Of a stretch of 64,000 bases of DNA, positions 41,001-52,857 are shown one piece after another. Below the pieces are notes generated by a model. That model was not told where the DNA came from and did no database searches. It worked only from the letters and a program-made list of their open reading frames with translations. Position numbers and translations under genes: made by a program. The DNA is from Tubulanus polymorphus (lineage: Eukaryota; Animalia; Nemertea), in assembly GCF_964204645.1 (NCBI RefSeq), contig NC_134030.1, positions 5,808,778 to 5,872,777 of the forward strand. Reading direction: 5' to 3'. How positions within the stretch are numbered: the stretch's first letter is position 1; each line of letters opens with the position of its first letter.

Positions 41001-43896
41001 CTTCCTAAGGTCTTCTATCATCAAAAACCCTTAAGCCTAGCGCACATCGACACTGCGATTGGAGACAACTAGTTCCTACCGAACGATTACCCCGCGCACA
41101 TCGAAATCTAGTTACAACCGGTCAGTTGCAGCAACTCCATGGCGCGTGTCGATCGTCGAGATCCAGAGCGCGCACATCGACGGATATGACTGCGATTGAG
41201 TACAACCAGTTGCTCAAAAGTAGAACATGGGCAACTGGCTGGAACTGGAGATAGATCGACGCTTACCAATCGTAAGCTCGCTCACATCGACACATTCAAG
41301 CAACTGATCGCATCCAGCCAGTTTCTCTCATGCGCCGAAAACTGCCTTGCAACTAGTTGTCTCCAATCGCAGTGTCGATGTGCGCTAGGCTTTAAAATTA
41401 AATCTATTATCAAAAGTCATAGGAACACACTTAAGCAATGATTTATGACGAGTTGGAAAAGCAAAGTTGGGAAAACATCTGAAACAACTGAAACGGAAAA
41501 TAACTCTAAATTTATTGAGGTATCAACAAAATATATAAAATGTTGAACTGAAATAAGATGATGAAAGATGAAATAAGAGACGTTTGAAATGTAATTGATT
41601 TGTTAAGGTTAATCACACACGGATAAGGGATGCGTAAAGATTCAAAGGTGTGAAAAATAAAACAAATATATGACACTAGAGAGTGAATAGCAATTATTAG
41701 CAACGTATTTCCGAATTTTAAAAATCGATTAGTTGTCTTCGATTATGTATGATCTTGAAGATTTGCAATTTATGATAATGAGTCGAAAATCTTCTTGAAT
41801 ATATGCTTTAATGGGTTGGCTGCTGTGTTCGATCGTGCACCGGGAAAGATAACCCCGGTTAAGGGTAAGATCCATTACATATATTATTCATCCCTGCGTC
41901 CCCATCTGACACAAAGGGTCTATTGAATAGTTTGTATATGCTAGTCCATGGGTTATTAATTGAATTGTTTTATAGATTGTAACCTGTTCTATTCGATTCG
42001 TACATATATTCTTATTAATAGAGCTTAGCATTATTTCCATAACTATACACAGGTACATGTATATAAATCCAATTCAGGCGAAGTTTGTGATTCTTCGTGG
42101 GAACCGACTGGCAATTATAGGCCGTCTACGACGAGCTGCGTAGCCATATCTATCAATCAGGAATGGGTTTATGCAATGTAGAACGGTTTTAATAATTCGA
42201 TAGTCCGGAGGTCAACTACGTATTGATGTCGGACGGTTACGTTAAGGAACAAAATTAATAATGTTACGAATACAAACTTACGTTTTATACAAGTCGTATT
42301 GTCTTGACTGCCATAATACCCAGTGTTGCATGCGCATTGGTTATTCGTGCAATTCGAATTAGAGAAACCATTGAAACAATCCGGATCCACTGAACACGCA
42401 TCTCCGACTTTTCCTAGAAACAAAAACACGATCAATTACACATAGACAATGCGGGTTATATAGGAAGTCGGAACTGAGGACGAAACCTTACTTCTGTGGC
42501 AAATCGTTCCCAACAGATTCCTGTAAAAACCGGAATCACAGACACAAAAAGAGCTAACGCAACTCGAATGAGGAACGTACTGGCTGCACTGGCAACAACC
42601 ACCCGGTTTCAAAGAAGCGCAACTGTGCCCGACTAATTTTTCTGAAAGATAAAATGAATTAAAGTGTTTCATTTGGTTGCTGCTTCAATAGTAAAAGCCT
42701 ACGAAAACTACGTACGTTCGTCAGTGCCATCGGCGCAATCATCGTCGCCATCGAGTACCCATGATTGCAGTTTACACAAACCGTTCCAACAGGAGAACGC
42801 TGGATATTTACAGGGATTGTCCACTAAAAAAGCGAAAGAAAAAAAACAAATTTAAGAGTAGAAAACTACGATTAACTTCAGGTTATCAATAACGTCCTGA
42901 ACTAATTGTCAACAACCAATACATGACAGAGTAGGGTACTTAAGAATTTTCGGATGAAATCGTAATAAGGTATCTTTTTGATAGGACCCTCCAATTCTAG
43001 AAAATTATAACTTCCATTGTCTACCTTCGTCACTATTATCTGTGCAGTCGTTGACGGAATTTTTCTGAGCGGATAAAGGAATGCAGGTTCCATCGTTGCA
43101 CGTAAATTCCGTCGTACCATTACAAGTTGTAGTCACTGAAGAAAAAAATGCATGAGTTTGTTCTCTCAAATATTGCATTTCGTGGTTATTCGTCATTTCT
43201 ACTTCGCTTTTTGCCCGCACGCGTCGTGGTACATATGATATAACATATGGTAAAAGGAAAGGAAAAAAATGGTAATTCTTTGTTGTAAATTTTGAGTTTT
43301 TTCTTTCTTCGTTAATGGAATAATTGAATATGAATATATTCTTATAGAACTGGCTGTGGTTTTTCGCATATATGCATCACAGTGGAGGAAACGTCTGACG
43401 TGCACTAAACAATTTCTAAATAACGCGTTATAAACAATCATATTATATATGGAAGTACGCGTAGTAATTGCGTCACGAAACGTCAGAAACATCCCGGGTT
43501 TATTGCATTGTGAATGACTCATTTTGTACATTAATACATCAATACCGTGTCGAAACGAAAACAAACACATATAAAATTCAATTATTTCTTAGAAACTAAT
43601 CTTAATTATTTGGAAAACATCAGTATATAAATCAATTTACAGTACATTTGCCTAACTTCGAGAAAATGCACGAAATGCGTTTATTTATCTTGTACGAAAT
43701 GTTAATATATCACGCTCGCTAGAAAACTCGAAAATCGCATATATATTTTCAATACCCCGTTTGAAAAGGAATCTAACTATAAGATTCTATTTCCGGTAAA
43801 AGTTTCGAACTTACCTCCTGTGATTAGAGATGACAGTGTCAGCATTATCAAAATAATCCACACTTCTGTCTGATCCATGTTTGATTTCGGACACAT
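35061..43896 (-). CDS. Type I membrane protein, about 1265 aa: signal peptide, 2 LDLa-like modules, 23 six-Cys EB/EGF-like repeats, TM helix, short acidic tail. Exons 43896-43815, 43135-43025, 42823-42716, 42641-42492, 42413-42282, 40765-40634, 40311-37684, 37506-37369, 37215-37179, 37032-36992, 36881-36797, 36647-36553, 35119-35061
   Basis: All introns are GT-AG with consistent phases; summed CDS 3798 nt. N-terminus MCPKSNMDQTEVWIILIMLTLSSLITG (alternative ATG at 43878). LDLa ends DCTDNSDE and DCADGTDE. TM VIGASIILVCCLVAGAIFF. The last exon is the least certain. Confidence 0.85.
41034..41391. mobile_element. PIF/Harbinger (Tourist-like) MITE in an intron of the EB-repeat gene
   Basis: Perfect 41-bp TIR AGCCTAGCGCACATCGACACTGCGATTGGAGACAACTAGTT, TTA on both flanks (41031-41033 and 41392-41394), and internal CGCACATCGA repeats. 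Confidence 0.9.
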
Positions 43897-45579
43897 AGTT
43901 GCGATTTTCCTTTTTTCAAAAACTAATTTTCGTCCATAGATACCTGATTCCGAACTTGGCGAAAAGTTCTATGTAAATTCCGCGCAAATGCTTGCAAAAG
44001 TTTGGTAGTGTTTCCTTTAGTTTTATTTAGAAAGTAATTAACGAAATCGTAGTCCTTATTAATTGCTTATGTAAATCTATGAATATGGCGGTAAATAGGG
44101 ATTGAAGCACCCGATAGGTATGGCGTGGAAGGCGCCATATATACCGACTGGACGCTGCTGAAGGGTGGACAGGTAGACGTGACCAACACCGGACAACACA
44201 AATTCGATTGTTTACCTCATCTTTCATCGACGGCGTAGACAATATATCGATGCTCTTTGTTTTCGTATCCTACGATACCGGAATAACAAATTTACTGCAA
44301 AATCGATTGTTCTCGTCATTCTCTCATCAAATGCGATACATTAAGCACAAACATAGATAACGATGATATTATAACATTATAAACGAGGTGTTTGTGAACT
44401 TTAAATACGGTATACCAAGTTCAATTGAAAATCAGGTGACACGTCCTTCTGAAGGATGCCTTTGATCTAGTAACTGTTGGCCAAGGTTCAACGGAGTAAT
44501 TCTCACGCAAGTGATGTAGAACTCATTATTTTATAGTCTTAAAACCAAGCGACCTCGTTTGTTTGTCTGAACAAATCAAATGTAGTTCAGACAGTTCCAT
44601 ACTTTATTCATCGAAATATCGTATTCCGTCAAAATCACATTATATATCACCTTAGAGTTGCACCTTGTTTTGCGGGTCCTCCGCCAAGAAGATTTTGAAT
44701 ATTGAAACGTCTGAGATATGTTCTGGTGATAATGAGAGCTCATATTTCAGTGAATTTTCTGTCTGTAGATGATATAATGGCACTAAGGTTATCTTTGGTC
44801 TATGGGCAGTTCCAGATGTTCTAATACCACGAGGGGCGGATTAAGCCTAGGTTTCTGAGTACTGCTGAACTGTATCATAGCCCAATGGGGCTCCGAGATG
44901 CAATCTAGGCACATGTGGGGCATCAAATCTATCCTTTTCATATTCATCCACAAAATATGGCGTATTGACCTGTTAAATGAAATATACATTCATAAAAGAA
45001 ATGATAAGTTTATTAGTGTTGCACAACTGTCACCGGCAAAACAATTTGATAACCCCCACCTACTAGCCCCAACGTGAAATAACGTTTACTGTGATGTTTA
45101 AGTACAGTAGGTTTTTCAATTATTGGTGCGACATACCCGGTATCGCAGTTGCAGGACCGGTGGCTACGCCCCTGCCTATATGTAACGATTTAAATGCGGG
45201 TAAATTGACGGGTTTTTTACCAGTTCTCCGCCTGTTCCTAAGACACGGTAGTTATGTTAGAAATCATTTGGACTTCTCAAACAATGAAGTTTAAAGGTAT
45301 CGCTCAATGAGGGGGTATCTTCAAATTTCACATAACGATCAAACGAACCCAATCAAACAGCTGACGCAGCTTGATGAGCGCATATAATGCAGGACTCACC
45401 AGGACTGAATCCACAGATTGCGATCATTATCACAGGGAAGCATATTAGGACAGGCATCGGTTGGTATAAGTTATAATAACATACATACGCTCTGAAATTT
45501 TTTGAGGCGGAAATAATCATCGTTTACAGATACTGCTTGGCCGGCGGTACCGGGGCGGCAGGGGCGCCTTGTCCCGATC

Positions 45580-45901
45580 ATCCTCCCTCTGCAGGGACTC
45601 GAACCTGATGGCATCGCTACACTCAGCCACGGCACGAACCCCTGCATCAGTAGACCGGGTGCGCAGGTACATGCGCAGCTTTCCGAACGAAAACTGGCGG
45701 CACCAATCAGATTGCTCGTTGTATAATCGTTGAGGCAAATTTCAACGAAGAACTATAAATGGAATAACCCCGGCTAAAATAAAACGGGATTTCTGATTGG
45801 CTTAAAATCACATCATCTGAGCGCACACGGTCGATTACGGCAGGGTTTCGTGCCGTGGCAATCTCGATGCCATCAGGTTCGAATCCCTGCCGGGGGAGGA
45901 T
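45580..45901. repeat. Divergent pair of tRNA-like/SINE-head repeats (45580-45664 minus, 45820-45901 plus); partial third copy at 47547-47582
   Basis: Shared GCAGGG(G/T)TTCGTGCCGTGGC...GATGCCATCAGGTTCGA(G/A)TCCCTGC...GGGAGGATG. B box GGTTCGANTCC in all three copies, A-box-like TGGCTGAGTGTAG in the minus copy. Confidence 0.7.
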
Positions 45902-47458
45902 GTGTCCCGATATGAGGGGATTTGTTATCGCATGCCAGGATGTCATCAAAACGCATATCCTGGTTTTAAACATTTCAGATGCTTTTTCAAAAAGAGGACC
46001 CCACGATCCCCGCAAGATCTCACTGCGATCTGGGCGCTCGCAAATACATCCTCACTGCAGTAGTTGCCGGGCCAATGTGTTTCTCCTTCCGACGGCCCTG
46101 CGTACAGACACAGATATAGGTCTACGTCCTTATCTAACCACTCTTATCTATTCTAACACGGACCTACTAAAGATAACGCATGATTGCGAAGGATACGAAG
46201 TCTACACTGTATGCGTAGTACATTTCGTAGTTGTTGGTATGTAGAGCCGCTTTGTTTTAGTATGACCTGGTTTCCTCTGACGCGCACACACAGCACTGCT
46301 GATGAAAATACTTTCTGTACATAACAAGGACGATTAGATAATGATAATTGCTCTATTTCTGAATTCATAGGTATGTTAGATTTCTATATATATTTCTTAT
46401 TACTTGTGTTTGTTTTTGATGCTCTCCTCAATTTGAATGTCTACGTCTATGAAACCCTTGTTACGCAATACGTGATTGAGTTGGTGTAGATCTTTCGAAT
46501 GTACGTGTTCTGATGACTGAAATATCAGCGAGGGAAGGCGGTGCGAGAGCAGACGTGTTGAATTTTAACTCGGTGTATATGTACGGAGTAACAGCTTGCT
46601 AAAACAACGTCCGAGTTATCCCTTGAATTCCTGTCAGGATATAATTACTGGTACTCTGGTGTCTCAAATACGAAAATCGGCTTATCCGCACTTAGATTTC
46701 GTTAGGTTTATTTACTTAGAACCGGTAGAGAAGTGACTGTATTAACCGGACCGATCGTTATGTTTAGGGACTGTGATACGTATATACATTATTGTACATG
46801 TATATAGCAAGGAGTACAGACATATCGGAAAGAAAAGGTACGAGATTTATTGACTACAAGAAACTGGGAAACTAAAAAACTTGCATGGCGTTGCGGGAGC
46901 TCCTCATTTTCACTGCTCAATTAATTCAAACCACACGCTACACCACTAGGCCTATACAACCCGTATCGTTTATTTATGTATACGTACATGTATAACGTTT
47001 CGAATTGAATTTCCATACATTTGTCAGACACTGAAATAGCGACTTGTGCGTTACGTTTTATCCGGTATGTAAATTGGTTCACATGGGTAGTGTCTTTTTT
47101 ATGTTGAATATGTGTCCACAATGAGATTTATTGTGGTTTATAAGCCGTGATGACAAGGAGATCCGGCGCGGACCTGACCGGAGGCGAAATATGGCCCTGC
47201 TCGATTATTAGAGAGCGCGTTTGCACACTCGTATGATTACGGACGGTTTGAAAATTCATCGTTTTCTATCAACTATTTACCTAAATAACAAATGCACTAC
47301 GATATTTATGATAAATATCGTAGTGCATTTGTATTTTAGTTTAATAGTTGACTTCTATAGACATTCCTTCGCCGCTGATATATATTTCATTTACCAAAAT
47401 GTCCGCAGTACCAACCATCATAACATCACGTTAAAGCACATCCTCCCCTAGTTACATG

Positions 47459-47546
47459 TTAGTAACCTAATCGTTCGTGGTAAGCTTTTATAATCGGATG
47501 TGCTTAATCCGATCGTGAAACTAAACCACAGACAGGTTACTGACTA
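47459..47546. repeat. Dispersed repeat; inverted, longer copy at about 58373-58488
   Basis: ACCTAATCGTT.GTGGTAAGCTTTT.ATAATCGGATG and ATCCGATCGTGAAACTAAACCACAG.CAGGTTACTGACTA are both present as reverse complements at about 58373-58488. Confidence 0.8.
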
Positions 47547-47638
47547 GATGCCATCAGGTTCGAATCCCTGCTGGGGTAGGATGGATAAAGCAATTAGAGT
47601 TTTAACTTCGGCTACTACTTATTTTGTGTTTTTGCAGG

Positions 47639-48742
47639 ATGTCGTGTGTAGCTGCCTGTTCGTCACGACGGATATTTGTGAAATGTTTTGCAGTTTTAAT
47701 CGCCGTGCACGTAGCTGCGTACATTATCTACGTAAACTATCCAAACATAGCCAACACCGGAGCGATATACAGCGGCAAAATTTACAAACACTTTTTCGTG
47801 AATGTGGCACATAATTCTACATTTAGTGTGACGAATCAGAGTAGGCCTACAGAGAGTGACGCTCGTATTAAACATGTCATACCATATCTTCGACAAGTAA
47901 ACGCTTCTCGTCGAATCAAGCGACGTTTTGAGTTTTCTTCACGTTGCGGTGGTGTTTGCGACGATAAAGTCGGTTTAGTTGTTATTGTTACAACTTCGGT
48001 AACGAACGTCGAGCGAAGGGAAGCGATACGGAATACTTGGGCTTCCACTGCCGTACTTAACAGCAATTCCGTCCCGGTGCGTTTCTGCTTTATCGTCGGC
48101 ACGGTATCCGACGAAAAACCGATGAAAGCGCTTCGAACTGAAAGCCAGTCGCATGGAGACATAATCCAAGCTAATTTCGTCGATACATATCGCAATCTGA
48201 CTATGAAATCGTTAGCTCTTCTTGAATGGGTCGACCGATTTTGTCCGGCCGTGAAATTCGTCTTGAAATCGGACGACGATACGCTCGTCAATGTTTCGCT
48301 TTTGCTACGTGAAATCAACAAGGTTCGGGCTAGTTCGTTCTTCTTTTGTCGTGTGCATTCAGGTGCTCCCGTTGTTCGCAACAAAAACGACAAATGGTTC
48401 GTATCCCTTGCTGAATATCGCGGCATCCACTACCCAACGTATTGCTCTGGAAGTGCCTATTCGCTCACAGGAGATATCGTCCGTGATTTACTCGAGAAAT
48501 CGCTGGAAAGTCCGCTGTTTTGGTTAGAGGATGTATACATATCTGGCATCTTGCCACGAAAGATCAACGTCAACCATGTGTCTACCAGTTTGATGCATTT
48601 TTGGCGCGAGGACCCTGAGCCATGTTCGTTGCGTCACCAAATCGTCTCTCATCGGATTACTGCGCAAGAACTCATCAAAGTATGGAAGCAAATACATGAT
48701 CCCCAACTAAGTTGCCCCATACAAAAAACACAACCTGCATAG
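47639..48742 (+). CDS. Beta-1,3-galactosyltransferase family (CAZy GT31, B3GALT1/5-like) type II Golgi protein, 367 aa, single coding exon
   Basis: N-terminal TM anchor and motifs RREAIRNTW, DTYRNLTMKS, KSDDD, YPTYCSGSAY, EDVYISG. Acceptor TTTTGCAG ends at 47637, immediately before ATG 47639. Confidence 0.92.
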   Translation: MSCVAACSSRRIFVKCFAVLIAVHVAAYIIYVNYPNIANTGAIYSGKIYKHFFVNVAHNSTFSVTNQSRPTESDARIKHVIPYLRQVNASRRIKRRFEFSSRCGGVCDDKVGLVVIVTTSVTNVERREAIRNTWASTAVLNSNSVPVRFCFIVGTVSDEKPMKALRTESQSHGDIIQANFVDTYRNLTMKSLALLEWVDRFCPAVKFVLKSDDDTLVNVSLLLREINKVRASSFFFCRVHSGAPVVRNKNDKWFVSLAEYRGIHYPTYCSGSAYSLTGDIVRDLLEKSLESPLFWLEDVYISGILPRKINVNHVSTSLMHFWREDPEPCSLRHQIVSHRITAQELIKVWKQIHDPQLSCPIQKTQPA

Positions 48743-50803
48743 AGAATCGAGCGTTCTTAATCCGTGGGAACATTTGCTATGTTAGTTATCCAAGTTAAAC
48801 TCGAGAGCAGTTTAACTTCAATTCTGGAGTCAAATAACGATCATTTGAGTTAAATGGCTTTTTAATTCCTGGGATTCCGTCATGCGACATTCCGCCAAAA
48901 ATGCACAGTCCTAAGTATGGCCATGGATGATGGACTCGAGAACGCGAGCGAGTTTTAAAAAGACTCCATTGTATGGCGCAACGGTGGACTGTATCCGTAC
49001 TCTGAACATGTTTTCTTGTTATTGAGAACCCTTATCTGATCTGAGAATTGAAGAGATTTCCATTGTCATGCCTCTCGAGATGAAGAGGGCATTTTAATTG
49101 ACTTGGTGGATTTACGATCAGTATGCTGAAAAATCTCTCCAAAAATGGATTTATACTTCATTTGTTTATACTTCTGTATCAGCTTGTATTAGAAACACAC
49201 GTAATGTATTGTTATTAAATGAATGCGCCATTTATTTCCAGTGTTTATAATGATGATATAATGGGAATTATATAACCATATTATGTATATATTTGCTATA
49301 AAATGAGTATAGTTTCAATTCTATACACGAGCAAGCGAAACGAAAATAAAAAATAAACCGTCATCGTTATTTCTGAACTAAAAGTGGGAATCGACGCTCA
49401 TCATCTTTGGGTCAAAAAAGCTGTAATCCTCTTTCAATGTAAATGACAACAGACTGAATCTTCTATGGCGCCATGGCGTCAGAGACGCGTAATCCATTAT
49501 GGTTAAGTTCATCCATCCAAGCCATCCAACTAGACCCGTAACGGACTACGCGACAGGGGAGAGAGGGAATACTTCAATGCTGATTGGAAGTATTACCGCT
49601 CCCTCGTACTACGATTGAAATTTAGTTTTTGGCAATAACTTCTGACAGAGGACGTTCGAAATGCCATAGATCACCACCGTGGCCTGGTGAAAAAATCCGT
49701 TGACCCCAATACCATTTGTACTACCCCTTAGTCCAGCGGGCTCATCACTTTCCATCCATTCATCCGTCCGTTATTCTGTCTGTAGACGGAATCCAGTTAT
49801 TTCGGGAAGCTTTGACGCTTGGGTTGTCTTGGTGGGTTTATGCAGGAGTTTCACGCTATTGATTACCGGTACATTAATTCGCCAGGGGTAAGGAATATTG
49901 AATTGTCAAGGATCTCTTCACCAAGTGAGTATGGCCTAATAGGCCCTAAATATGTTTGCGCCAGACTTCGTCCGCAGAGAGAGTCTCACGAAGGGAGCAC
50001 ACAGAAATTTGTCACTGCGATAAACATTTCATTCACACTCGAAAAACATAATGTACAAAGTAATCTTAAAATATAACAAAAGAAAATCTGTCTGCAATGA
50101 TTGATGCGCTTATTGTACAATATATTAAATTGAATTTAGTATGCGCTATAGTGTTGAATTGAATTGTTCTGGATCGGGGCTGTGTTCTGATGACATGGTA
50201 TTAATTGGAAGAAAAATTCAATTATATTGTATTCAAATAGCTAAATTCCTTCATCAAATATATACTAGTAATTTTTCTTTTATAAGCGAGACAAATACGA
50301 ATGAAACTGACTAAAAAGAGAAAATAAAGTACAAAAAATTCATTTATCAGCTAAACCTATTATCTTCTTATCTTCCCAACCCAGTACCGTACAGTGCTGC
50401 CATCTCGGACTAGAAATGGCTTCCTCATCCTCGACTTCGGTACTATTAAAATATTGTTAAAAATCGACTCTCTCTAGGGACTTCGGACCCAAATTAGATA
50501 AAGAATTAAGATGTAAGTAAACCACAAAACAAGCACTGGTATTTGGCAGGAGGCACACGGCGTAGTTTATCGATGTCAACCCCCAAGAAATTGCTATCAG
50601 TATCAATATTATTCTGTCTGCTCTGCCCTGGTTCTACTTTCTTCTATCTATCATTATCAATCATTCGAATCAATGCATGCAACGAACGTTGACGGAGTCG
50701 GGATTTATCCCCCCTCCCTCCAAGAGCCCAAACAACATGCCGACGCCAATGGCAATTAATCTTTCTAAACTAAGAATATCTATTCTCGTTTTCAGTCAGT
50801 AAA

Positions 50804-51567
50804 ATGCGGGTGAATGCCACCAGTACGGAAGCTGTGTGCGGAGTTGGTTGTTATTTGTTCGTATGGAGCGTATTTTACAAGATTCTGCGTTACGTCAGTC
50901 CGCAGCGTTCACGAGAATGGCACTGTCGAACTATCACGATGATTCATGCTATTGTCGTTGTCTGTTTGTCAGCGTGGTGCGCTTTTGTACAAGGTCCCTG
51001 GCCATTTACCGATCCTGGTAGGTTCAATGGAATACATATATATATATAAAAAAGATCGATGAAAGTATGACAATTTTCCTTGAAAACCTGCAGCCATTTT
51101 GGTTTCAACAGCGCCAGTTTTTAGGGCTGCAGATGTTAAGAGTAATACCATGACTTAAGGACTAATGCTACTGTATTAGAGTGTATGTCTATTTCAACTT
51201 GTTTCAACAGACATATTATCTGTGGTATTGCTCAATAGTCAGTGTTGTTAGCCCCTTTGGGACTTCAGGCATCACAGCTGGATGTTGCATTCACCTTTCC
51301 CCCTCTGTCCATCCAAATATTTTAGGAAGTTTTGAAGAGGCTTCAATGTCTTAATATTTTAGTTTAAATGTATGTCTCTACCCTAGACAGCCCAACAACT
51401 GGCCCGATCAGAATCAATTGATCATTTTTGTTCGCCGCAATCAGCACCTGTTTTTTGTTGCTCTATTACAGGTGGCCCAAACACTCCGCTACAAGAACTG
51501 ACAATTATGATTTGTCTCGGTTACTTTTTGTTTGATTTTGCCTGGTGTTTGCTCAATGGTACTGAAG
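50804..51567 (+). CDS. TLCD5: TLC domain protein TLCD5/TMEM136: shared coding exons 50804-51017 and 51472-51567
   Basis: EWHCRTITMIHA...GPWPFTDPG|GPNTPLQ...LGYFLFDFAWC...TEG resembles the TMEM136 N-terminal half. Phase-1 GT-AG junctions. Confidence 0.88.
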
Positions 51568-52375
51568 GTAGGTAGAGAGGGTATATATACCACGCTCCCA
51601 TGAAGTGGTATATATCATATATATATCATAGATCGCACTCAATCAAATAGATGACCTCTGCACCAAAATTTTCTGTAGACAGGATTCATTTAAACTGCAG
51701 GGGTTGCTCAAAATAATATGTCCCTCTCAAGCTTCACATTAAAAAAATTAAGGCTATGAACATTCTAGCAATTTCAGGAATTAAAAAATGCCTTCGACGC
51801 TTGGTGGATGCAGTGCAAAGTATTTCCGCTTTTATTAATTCTGACCCCCCCTTTAAAAAATTCTAGTGAAGCCACTGATGATATCTCCTTTTACTTCCTT
51901 CCATTTGATTTTCAAATCTTCAATGGGGAAGTTCATTAAAAATGAACTAATTTAGAAAAATGAAGACCTACCAGTACTGTTCATTGCCATTTGGTGGGAT
52001 TGCTGGTTTCGCGGGTTCCCCATTTAAAATGTGCTTATTAGGACTCCAGAGTCGGTAGTTAACTCACAACTTAAGAACTCGTACGTTCCACTGACTGATG
52101 GGTTTCGTGAAAAAGTAAGTTTAGAATGGTTCTTGTTGTTCTCATTCAACTCAAATAAGCTAATATCAAGCAAAAATAACCCAAACATGAGTTCGAAGCT
52201 TTTTTGTGGAACTCGTTTCTGAGCTCTATCAAAAAATGATTATCTGCATTTGATGAATCCTGACCTGTCGGTAGAATATCGATCTTTACCTTCTTCTACA
52301 CAACCCTTTTCTCCATTGTGTGTGTGTGTCATCGTGTCAATGTGAAAAATTTGCTCATATCATATCTGTTTGTAG

Positions 52376-52857
52376 GTATAGTGATGCTGTGTCACCATAT
52401 TGTTAGCATAATCGGCCTGGTCAGTGGTGTATCACTGGGCATCGGAGCCACAGAGCTAACAGCCGCCATTATGGCGTTGGAATGCACGAATCCTTTGCTT
52501 CAAATCCGGTGGTTTCTACGGGAAAGCGGGTGCAAAGCGAGCTTTAGCGCTAAAATCGTAGACGTTTTTTTCGTCATATCATTCGGCCTGATGCGCATCG
52601 TTTTCGGTACATATTTCATGTACTGTTACCTGCGACACCCGCGTCCCATCCTGGTCGGGCGCGTCGGGCTCAGCGTGTTGTACGTAATCAGCTGGATTTT
52701 CTGGTTGCAGATATTGCGATTTAGCTTTCGACGGGTAACCGTAGGTTACGGAGGCCGCAACGTCGACGACACTAAAACCAACGGAATGGCTTCACAGCGC
52801 AACAATAATAGTTCAACTTCGGGCCGCGTGGTGGCGGATGATTCGAAAAGTTTATAA
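52376..52857 (+). CDS. TLCD5: TLCD5 terminal exon copy A (predicted isoform 263 aa)
   Basis: Acceptor ATATCTGTTTGTAG|GT, phase 1. Encodes GIVMLCHH...LECTNPLLQIRWFLRESG and is open to its own stop. Confidence 0.82.

Noticed and set aside
41196-41441. Cys-rich ORF (CLATSCLQSQCRCALGF) resembling an EB repeat
   Set aside because: It is on the wrong strand for the host gene and lies within the Harbinger MITE TIR; coincidental.
45580-45901. Functional tRNA genes
   Set aside because: No full cloverleaf or anticodon arm could be built; treated as a tRNA-like repeat.
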